This document shows, in pieces, positions 54,450-64,000 of a stretch of DNA of 64,000 nt. Numbering within the stretch: the stretch's first letter is position 1; every line of letters starts with the position of its first letter. The notes below the pieces were generated by a model that saw only the letters and a program-made list of their open reading frames with translations, made no database searches and had not been told where the DNA came from. A program made the position numbers and the translations under genes. Source of the DNA: Eledone cirrhosa (taxonomy: Eukaryota); the NCBI GenBank assembly GCA_964016885.1, contig OZ024742.1, positions 76,818,001 through 76,882,000 on the forward strand, given 5' to 3'.

Positions 54450-55060
54450 TTTATGGTAAGAACATGGTGAATGAGAAATAATAAAAAAGAAGAAACAAAA
54501 GGAAAGAAAGAATAAGGGAATATAGAAAAAAAGGAAATAAATAAATAAGAAAAAGATCGGGAAGGGGATGGGGATGGCAAGAGCTGTGGTGTCGCAGAAG
54601 AGAGAGGTAGGGTAACTGGGCTTTGGGCCTAGGGCAAGAGGGCAGAAGTGCTGGGCCCCTCTGACAAGATGGCAAAAGCATTCCTCCGGGCGATGGTCTC
54701 TGACACCAGATGTAACATCCACTCAACATCGCGGGGCTCGCTCCTCAGTCGGGGCGCCAACGATCCAATCTTGTGGAGGAGCTCGGTAGTACGGGGTCCA
54801 AGTACGCCTGAGGTCTCGACGTTGACCGGTACGAAGAGGAAGCGGCTGGACATACACCGGTATTTGTTTATTTTACGTTCTTCTGCGATGTGAGTTGCGT
54901 CCAGCTTTCTTCTCAGTATGTTGTTGAGAGCGGCGTGTCGTCGGAACCGGCCTCCGCTCTGGTGGATAGACAGAGGGTACAGGCCGAACTTGTCAACAAA
55001 CTCCCCACACGCAGAGGCCAAGGCGTTGGGCTACTCCGATGCGAGCGCACTCATCATCAA
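54450..55060 (-). mobile_element. CRE-like non-LTR retrotransposon 3' fragment (restriction-like endonuclease region)
   Basis: ACGEFVDKFG..GRFRRHAALNNILRR, AEERKINKY, FVPVNVETSGVLGP, IARRNAFAIL. Confidence 0.75.
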
Positions 55061-55329
55061 GAAATATGATATATATTAATTTATGGGTTCAATATAGGTT
55101 CTTTTAATATATTTTTCGATTCTTTATTATAGAAGTGCATAGTCATGTATTAAATGCCAGAAAACCTATATTCTTTACGTACGAAAATGTGAACTCTTTA
55201 CATAGGACACCCAGACACTAAGTATCGTTTCAGAGACATTCATTTCGTTGAACAGCTCATAGAACTATTCCGTCATATATATTTACGCACTCACATGTAT
55301 ATGAGTGCGTTTGTATGTGTTGTATGTGT

Positions 55330-55361
<32 letters not shown>

Positions 55362-57667
55362 ACTATGTGTGTATGCGTCTGCGTGTGTGTGTGTGTGTGT
55401 GTGCCTGTGATTCCGTGTCTTGAAGGTTTGTATATGTGTATGTTGGAAAGGTAGGTAATACTATTGTCATAGGTATGCATTAGATGTTGTTAATATATAA
55501 ACAATGTTATTGTGTTACATTTTGTAAAGTTAGTTCCCTTTTCCTAGTGTTCATTTCTTCTTAGCCGATGATGTAATCAAATTAACTACTAGTTCTTTAT
55601 TCCTGTTAGTCACACTAAAAGTACAAAACCGTATATATAATTACGAGTGACATTTCAAATTATTATCTGTTTACATAATGTAATTTGTAGTTAAATTTCA
55701 TTTATATTACCGAAAAGTGGATGTTTCACGATTATATGTATATAGCATATTTGCAGATAAAATTAATTCTTTTAAGCAAAATTCTATTGATTGTAATCCT
55801 GTTAACATATATGAAATGCAGTTATTTGTAAACATTACTGATGATATAGATAACATTGTATAAAAGAATTTATATGTAGCCTTACATGGAATCTATGATA
55901 TATCAACTGATGCATTTGTTAAATGTCAATGTCTGTTAATGTCGTCTTCGCTAGATATAGATCCAAGGAATATATAGGAAGCACACAGGAATCTATTTGA
56001 ATTATTTACGTTCGGATTTCCCCGTTCATCGAATAGTATATATGTCGTTTTTTTTTCAAAAGATATCAATGAAATGAATACTAGAAATATTCGACAAACA
56101 CTCATAGCCGACCATATTTCATTTTCTAGCATATAATTTCAAAACGGTTTCAAATAATCTAGAACATTATATAATTTCTATATCATTCATGTCAAACACA
56201 TCACTTTAAGAAAGTTTCTTTATGTAAAGTGGCATACACGAAAACTAGAAAAATATGGAATTTGTAGTATTACATTCTTACGTAGATTAAAAGATTAATT
56301 ACATTCAAAATATAAGTATATTATACCATCAGTATATCCATACTAGTTTTACTGCAATTCCAAAGCTTATATATGATAACGAAACACATGTGAATCGATG
56401 ATTCAAGCAGTTTTAATATTGATTTCTAATCTATCTTTGTTTCGGAGAAGAGCAAGCAATCTATTAAACATTCCTACTTAAATGCTCATACTAAAATTAT
56501 GTTCTTTGAAAGAAGGAATCTCATGAAAATAGGTGTTTCGTAATTCGAACGTAGCATGTACGACATAAGACGTTTTATCCAGCTCGTTTTATCCCCGTTC
56601 GCTTAAATATTAGAATCGTTTACATAGGTATAGAATTAATTTCATCAGTAAGAAGATTCGATTAAGTTTTGCAATATAATGTTGGGCAATATGCATCAAT
56701 ATATTATTAGAATTTATGTATTGATATTAATGTTAGGAACCCGATAATTTGATGAGAGCTCACAAACAAAACTTTTATTTTAAAAGCCCTAATTGGTTCC
56801 ACGTATGTAAATGTTGAACATTCTTCAATATCTTAATGGCATCTAAGTTATTAAAGGGAATTAATTTCAAATATTAATGGCAATAATGATTCTAACTACT
56901 CTGAGCACTGAACTAACATTTCAATTGAACTCTATTATTTTTATCTAGACTCAAACCCACTCATATTCCTACAGAAGTGGGGTAAATAGTAATAAGTACC
57001 TCGTTAAGGCAACATTGGAGAACGCTCAATGAAATTTTTCAAATAATCACAAACCTACATGTTCTTGGTAATTTGGAACATGAGGCCACATTTTTATAAT
57101 CATTGGAACAGAATCTGGTCTGAAGATAACTTTGTCCAACCATCGGCAATAATGGGGCCATGACGTTTTAAAATATATAGCTTTTCATTTTGACGAAGTT
57201 ATTAAAAAAACAGAAATATGATTTCTTTAGTCACCCCCACTCCATTCTTTTAATAATAAGGATTTCTGACAAATTATATTAGTGTCTTGATTTTGTTTCA
57301 TTCTTTCTCGAGTAGGAAGTTTTTATATGACGAGAAAGATAGACTCATTCTAACTGTCTTCAGCCTAAATTCAAATACAGTAACTATTTCATTTCGTCCT
57401 TTGTGACTGAACGTAATAAACAAACCCAAAGCCAGACCGTTAATGCTCGGTTCCTTTAATAAATTCTTCATCTCTGTTGAATATATTAAAATGCCAAAAG
57501 ACAAAAATAAATTTCCTTCTTTATAGTTATTTATCTATTTTCTTTCATAACTGCCTTTCCCCCTTCTTTCTACCCCTCGTCCCCATCTGCCCCTCTCTCT
57601 CTCTCTCTAGCTCTCTCTCTTCCTCTCTATCCCCCTCTCTCTCTGTATATATATATATATATATATA

Positions 57668-59952
57668 TAGGAACAAGTAAGACCACGACGGCTGAGCTCA
57701 AGCCGTTTCGACGGCTAATTCTGTACTGAATGAAAAATTAATTCTGTATTTAAATAGCCGAACTTATCAAGGGGTAATTCCATATATGGTCAAAGAGATA
57801 ATCACCAGGATTGGTCACATCACAAGTTAGTAGTAAATCTGTGATGGCAAGTTGGTGGGGGAAGGGGTAGCTAAACCTGCCAGTAGGAGAAAAGGGGAGG
57901 GGGGTGGAGTAGACCCATTGATGCGTTGGTGGTGCCAGCTACAGCTGGGTGTGAGGTCAAAGAGGATACTGGGGAGGGGGAGGGGGAGGAGGTCGAAACG
58001 GTAAGTAGAACAAATATAAGGTAAAACTGTAAAAGGTACTGAGAGAGAAAAAATATAAGCAAAATCTCAACCCCGATGGAAGAAACAACCTAAATAGCAG
58101 TGGAGAGCCGACCAGGAGGTGCAACTGTCCTGATAGATCCAGTTGCCCCCTCGACAACAGATGCAGATACCGTAATTTGATCTACCAGTGCAACGTGAGC
58201 ACGGACACCTCCAACAAAGCTTATATAGGATTAACCGCATGCGACTTCAAGACCCGGCTATACCAACACAGACATACCTTCCGAAACCCGGCCCGGCGTC
58301 ACGCCACTACACTTTCGGGCCACATATGGGACCTCGAGGACAACAACATCAACTATGATCTCACTTGGAAATTACTGTCCAGAGCCAACTCTTACACGGG
58401 AGGACGCCGTCCGTGCAATTTATGCTCGGAGGAAACATTACAAATGATGTTTTCGACGGACCAACTCCTAAACAAGAAAGATGAACTGGTTACTGCATGT
58501 AAACACCGATTACGTAGGACTTACCTCGCCCTCAAACCCCATAATGACCCGGGGGGGGGGGGAGGTAGCCTAGGGCTATAACACCCCACTCGCCTATTTT
58601 GTAATGGGTAACCCCTGCTTGCCTATGGAGACGTAAGATCTTCTTTTACATTCTTTTATCGCTTCCTCTATATATCCTCCTTCTCCCCATCCCTCCCTAG
58701 TCCTTCTAACCCAGATCCCTTTCTTTGTCGTCGTCTCTTTCTCGCCCACCCGAGGTAGCCCATCGGTCCCTTGTAGCTTAAGCACCCCACCCCCTCCCCT
58801 ATTATATGATAGATGTGGTTGACTCCGCTTTTTATAGCAGAGGTGTTAGACTTCGGATACTCGCCTCCTTCTCCGACCGCTGTCCCCTTTTTACATGCCT
58901 TCTATATTTCTTAGTGGCATCTTTGCTTTAATTTCTCGTTTATCCAATATCTCTTTTTTCTTTTTCCCTTTTTTTTTTTTGGGGGGGGGGGGGTGTTGTT
59001 GTTCCTGTATTAATTTCCCGTTCTTTACTTTTACTTCGTACGATCTTTCATGTAGCTTGTATAAGACCTTTTGTTTCGTGGCGGTACCCTTAGAGTTAGC
59101 ACTAGTATTTTTTTGCGGGACCCTGAATTATATTCTCGTACTAGTTTACTTTCTTGCACTGGGTGGTTGCTGGCCCTGTGTTCGGGGTAGAAACCTTTAT
59201 TATTTTCGTGGTAGTCTCTTTAGTATTCTGGTCCCCCTTTTGATGACCCGTCACCGTACGATACACGCACTTATACCTCGTATAAGGGTCCCTTTATTTC
59301 CGTCCCACCTAGTTTTTTTCTATTATCATCATTTGTTTTTTTATTTTTTTAATTCTACATTATATATATATATATATTTTTTTTTTAAATTTATGTATCT
59401 ATTCTTTTATTCACTTATTTGTTTATTTATTTATTTATGTATTTCTTCAGCCTAGCAATAGCGAGAGACTTAAGTCTTAGTAACCAGATTTTGCTTATAT
59501 TTTTTCTCTCTCAGTACCTTTTACAGTTTTACCTTTCATTGTTCTACTTACCGTTTCGACCTCCTCCCCCTCCCCCTCCCCATTATCCTCTTTGACCTCA
59601 CACCCAGATGTAGCTGGCACCACCAACGCATCAATGGGTCTACTCCACCCCCTCCCCTTTTCTCCTACTGGCAGGTTTAGCTACCCCTTCCCCCACCAAC
59701 TTGCCATCACAGATTTACTACTAACTTGTGATGTGACCAATCCTGGTGATTATCACTTTGACCATATATGGAATTACCCCTTGATAAGTTCGGCTATTTA
59801 AATACAGAATTAATTTTTCATTCAGTACAGACTTAGCCGTCGAAACGGCTTGAGCTCAGCCGTCGTGGTCTTACTTGTTCCTATTACCCACTCTACTACC
59901 CTAAGTATTGAGTGCGTTATGGTCCACCTGGTTCCTTACCACATTTCCTTCG

Positions 59953-59955
<3 letters not shown>
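57668..59955 (+). mobile_element. PLE 3' part (GIY-YIG plus 3' UTR) with a 400-bp inverted 5' copy, inserted in (TA)n
   Basis: CNCPDRSSCPLDNRC..IYQC..AYIGLT..FKTRLYQHRHTF..CNLCSEE..LLNKKDEL..CKH at about 58110-58550. 57668-58066 is the near-identical reverse complement of 59488-59885. Confidence 0.9.
59776..59870 (+). ncRNA. Degenerate hammerhead in the PLE pseudo-LTR (inverse copy at 57683-57776)
   Basis: ACCCC-TTGATAA-GTTCGGCTA...TAGCCGTC-GAAA-CGGCT-TGAGCTC-AGCCG-TC-GTGGT. GUC triplet with two core changes. Confidence 0.6.
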
Positions 59956-60004
<49 letters not shown>

Positions 60005-60121
60005 GTATATATATATATATATTTATGTGGGTGTGTGTGTATGTCTGAATGTGTATGTGTGTGTGTTTGTGGATAGAACAATGAAAAAAAGACAGAATTC
60101 AGATGTAGGTAGTTAATTATT

Positions 60122-60260
60122 TTATTGATTTACGATCATTTCAGAGGGTCGATTGATCATGGAAGATCGGTGACCCGACTAACATGGTAGTGGTTATGTA
60201 ATTACCTATTTCTAGTCTCGGAACTCCTGTTCGATCGACCGTCTTCTTCAGAAACACTAA
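60122..60260 (-). ncRNA. Type I hammerhead with about 100-nt stem II domain
   Basis: Minus strand TTAGTGTTT-CTGAAGA-AGA C GGTCGATCGA...TCAATCGACC C TCT-GAAA-TGATCG-TA-AATCAATAA. The core is intact and stem I is partly mismatched. Confidence 0.7.
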
Positions 60261-60350
60261 ACCAGTACACACACACACACACACACATACACACACAGAC
60301 ACGCACACACACACACACATATATATTTATATATATATATATATATATAC

Positions 60351-60545
60351 AGATCAGAGCAAACAGCACGGACACTCTATCTCAAAATTATTTTTGAAAA
60401 GCATTTAGAAATGCGCAACCGGTAAAAACTTAAAAACTTAAAACCACAACTGAATACTAACCCATACAATCACTAATACTCTTTTATTCCTAATTAAACC
60501 ATTTTTCAACTGTGAACAATTTGTCAGCATTTTCTATTCCGTTTA

Positions 60546-60549
<4 letters not shown>
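60351..60549 (+). repeat. Single copy of the 200-bp element forming the 13788 palindrome
   Basis: Near-identical sequence, flanked by (TA)n. Confidence 0.95.
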
Positions 60550-60587
<38 letters not shown>

Positions 60588-61351
60588 TTTGTGTCTTCCA
60601 AATAAGTTTTAATGGCATAACGAAAGACGCATTGAACGACAGAGGTTGGGTGGGGTCTATCTGGGTTATATCAACATGATCTTTCATTCACTTTTTGTTT
60701 TATCCCGGGGTAATCATATTTGCCTGATTTGTAGTACTTAAAAACCGGTTTGGAATTACAATCTCTCTTACCTTATTGGAGAATCAATCCTATATTTTGA
60801 TGACCATTTACACGTATAATTCACGTATGATTCACTTTTCTTAGAAATATGTTTTAAAGTAATCTACGTTTTTTTAAAGATGCACATCATTTCTGTGTTT
60901 TTTTTTTTTTGCAGTGAAAGCAAAACATTTCAAAATATTTAATCAAGCTGCAATTCCCATGAATAACAACTGAAAGGCAGTTCATATAATAATGTCTGGT
61001 GAAATATGTTTATATTAACGTGATTTTGAAAGTAATATATTAAATTAATGTTACGCTACGGGTGATAAGAACGGTTAAAAGTGATAAGAAATGGAATCGC
61101 AGCGAAAATAATCATAATGACATTTCTAGAATCTATTGTTGTTAAGATATAGAAAGAGAAATGATTTATTCTTTTTATTGATTCGTCTCGAACAACAGTA
61201 ACGGTTTGGCTTTTCTTATTCAGTAATTTATTTTCCGTTAATATACTACTGGTAATTTTTGGCTTATTTCAAATGGTGTTGCCGCATTCAAACAGACATT
61301 CAGCAACATCTCCCAATGCTTTTGTTTTTGAAGTGCATGGAGATTTTTTTA

Positions 61352-61373
61352 ACTACTGCTACTACTACTACTG

Positions 61374-61438
<65 letters not shown>

Positions 61439-61459
61439 GCTACTGCTACTGCTACGACT
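61352..61459. repeat. (CTA)n microsatellite
   Basis: Direct inspection. Confidence 0.95.
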
Positions 61460-61644
61460 AAAGGAGTAGATATTATGTAACGGAAGGGAAATAAAGTGAA
61501 ATCCTTAACATTGGAAAAACAACTCTATGATCGGATACAAAACACTGAAAGCATTTCCAAGATTATTTAAGTTATTAATATAAAAATACATCCCAGTGGT
61601 TAAAAAAAGGTCTGAAGTGTGAGGTATGATCAGTAGGATAAGTA

Positions 61645-62085
61645 TGGCATCCTTGTTCCAATCTTCCACTTACTCCAAAGAGAAGGACGTTCCTAGCATG
61701 GTCTCTTACGGCAGAAGAAAACTGGCCATCAGGCATCTATCTGGCCATATATTAATTCTACCTTGAAGGTATTTCCTTTGTTGCAGGTCACACTCAGCAT
61801 CACCGACTTACCTCCTTGTTCCAGGAATATAATACGTATCTTGATATCCATTCCATTCAGAAAAAAAACACAATGGTTCCCCTACCTGATTCCGGAGGAA
61901 TTAAAGATGCTTACACCTCGTATCCAACGTAAATGGTCATGATAATTCATGCGGCGGAAAACATTGTCTTGCTGATGGCCATTACATCTATATTTAGTGT
62001 TCTGAGTCCAACTGGGGTCTTGGTATCGAAGGTCACAATTAAAATCTTGATGACACCACCTATTCTGATAATGGGGATAGACGTG
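61645..62085 (-). mobile_element. Old Tx1-type APE fragment
   Basis: Minus strand LRTLNIDVMAISKT..GYEV*AS..PESGRGTIVFF and ETMLGTSFSLE*VEDWN align with the APE at 4830-5190. Confidence 0.7.
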
Positions 62086-62299
62086 AAGATCACTTGATAT
62101 CTTTCTGTGGATGGACATTAATTTTTTTTCCAGCTAATTGTGGGTGCTTTCAAAAATAGGTCTTTAGTAATACGTTTATTTAGTAACTTTCATACTTTTC
62201 ACTACCTATGAGGAAAAACGGATAAGACATTTACATAACTGCTTATATAGAAAAATACGGTGGTATGCACGACAACATTTCTGGTGTGCTGTATTGACG

Positions 62300-63311
62300 T
62301 TTTCCCCAGCTCGTCTCCTTGACGGAGCTGCAGTCCTGGGTCAAGCGAGACCGAGAGGGAGCGCCTGGAGGCTATAATGTCTTCAGGCGCACACAGCCCT
62401 CGACCAATCGGGCAATGTGATCGGTGGAAACTCCACCTTGGCGTTCTATAGGGGATTAGTGGAGGGGAAGAGCGACGACGTACTTGGAGAAACTCTAGGC
62501 GTCGACGAAAATCAACTAGCCAATCTCTTCGAAGGACTTTCGGGCCGGGGCCTACGGACAACTTCCAGAAATCCCTGACCTGGCAGTGCTACCGAGGAGC
62601 TTTGCCAGTTCGGGATAAACTCTACAGGCATGGAGGTGCCGTCAGCCGGGCATGTCCGCGATGCGCGCAGGGCGACGAAACCGTCCTGCACGCACTCGTC
62701 CAGTGTCCGAGCATTGCTGACTTGTGGGTTTATGTCGAACACCTGCTGTCACGTGTAGGACGGATCCAGCTATCAGCTGAGTCCATCGTGAGGATTGCCC
62801 CGCCCCCTTCCTTTAGCCTGGAAGGGCAGGCAGTTTTTATCTGTCTGGTGGCCATGGCGAAAGAGATAGTATGGTGGACACGTTTGAAAGGGCTGAAGAC
62901 GAGCACTTACCTCTTCGGTGATGCCCTGATTAACTTTTTCAAATTTCATTTGAAAAGGAAAATCAGGGTAGAGAGGGAAGTGCTCTCTTCCCAGCATTTT
63001 GTTGAAAGATGGGTGAGAGAAGCAAGTATGGCCCGAATGAATGGGCCTTCTCTGAGTATGTGTCTGTAAATTAAAGGTGGAAAACTGGAAGAGGGCACTT
63101 GCCCTGGTGGTCAGGGCCACTGTGGTCTTTTAATGGGCTTTCTCCACAAATGTCCCTTGGAAGTCTCCCCCCTATTGGGGAATTTTTCTTTGTTATTTTA
63201 TTTCAACCTCTGTTTTTTTACACGCAGAAATGCCCATTTGTACCGTCCTGTATTGTCCTGTACTGTCCTTAATGTCTACTTTATGTGAACCCTTGTGGTT
63301 AATAAAGAAAA

Positions 63312-63312
<1 letters not shown>
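62300..63312 (+). mobile_element. Tx1/L1-type LINE 3' part (zf-RVT domain and 3' UTR)
   Basis: LPVRDKLYRHG..ACPRCAQGDETVLHALVQCP..W. Ends CCTTGTGGTTAATAAAGAA followed by (TTA)n. Confidence 0.9.
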
Positions 63313-63348
<36 letters not shown>

Positions 63349-63362
63349 ATTATTATTATTAT

Positions 63363-63925
63363 TGTTCTTTGAGTCTCAGTCATTGATGTTATTTAACTGG
63401 AAAGTTTGTTGAAATGAATATCAAGCTGCTACCTGCAGCCTCAGATATTCAGGACGTATCGGAGGGTTCTTGCTGTTTCCAGAAAGCATGCCTTTTGAAG
63501 TGTTCCAAAAAGCGGGGCTGGACTAATCTTCTTTAACCATCCCTGGAAACTCCTTGAGATAGTACCTAGTGTGCCTATGACAATAGGGACCACTTTGACT
63601 TCATGGCTATACCAAATCCTTTTTACCTCCCACTTTAAGTCCTGATATCGGTTAATTTTCTCCCTCTCCTTCTCTTGCACTCTCGTGTCGAATGGGCAGG
63701 CCACATCCACAATCAGGCACGATCTTTTTTCTTTGTCCAAAACCACCAGATCAGGTCTATTGTATTCCAGTTTCTTGTCCCTCTGTATCCTAAAATCCCA
63801 CAGCACCTTCACCTGATCGTTTTCTATCACCGACTCTGGCTTATGCTCATACCACTTCTCAGAATGTGGTAAATTGTTTACTTTGCATAGGTGCCAGTGG
63901 ATCACCCTGCCCATCATGTCTCCAG
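63363..63925 (-). mobile_element. R4/Dong-clade non-LTR retrotransposon 3' end (restriction-like endonuclease)
   Basis: IHWHLCK, WYEHKPESVIEND..VLWDF, NRPDLVVLDK..IVDVACP, EKINRYQDL, VVPIVIGTLG. The 3' end abuts (TAA)n. Confidence 0.9.
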
Positions 63926-64000
63926 CATTTATAGTGAGTCTGGGCAATCGGATAAAATGTGAGCCACAGTCACTTCGCTCCATAGATCCTACACCATGGG

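Noticed and set aside
61882-62118. 78-aa ATG ORF ending near a splice donor, as a first exon
   Set aside because: Another frame of the same DNA aligns with the Tx1 AP endonuclease, so it is a decayed LINE.

Overview
AT-rich eukaryotic DNA with many (TA)n/(CA)n microsatellites. It is probably an octopod cephalopod, inferred from a recurring tRNA-derived SINE; this was not verified by search. The window is almost entirely intronic or intergenic and filled with decayed transposons: Tx1/L1-type LINEs, RTE, RTEX, CRE and R4/Dong fragments, at least six Penelope-like element (PLE) fragments, an internally deleted mariner, MITEs and a Helitron-like element. Two or three candidate exons of an unidentified host gene lie on the + strand. 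The very long IY/YI ORFs are microsatellite artefacts. The most striking signal is about 15 type I hammerhead ribozyme (HHR) motifs, folded by eye. Several have intact cores, most have a palindromic stem III, and some have 50-110 nt structured inserts in stem II. They sit both in PLE 3' regions and in short non-coding elements embedded in (TA)n. Two of these elements (482-nt and 316-nt monomers) occur as tandem plus inverted copies, as expected for retrozyme-like non-autonomous RNAs mobilised by PLEs.
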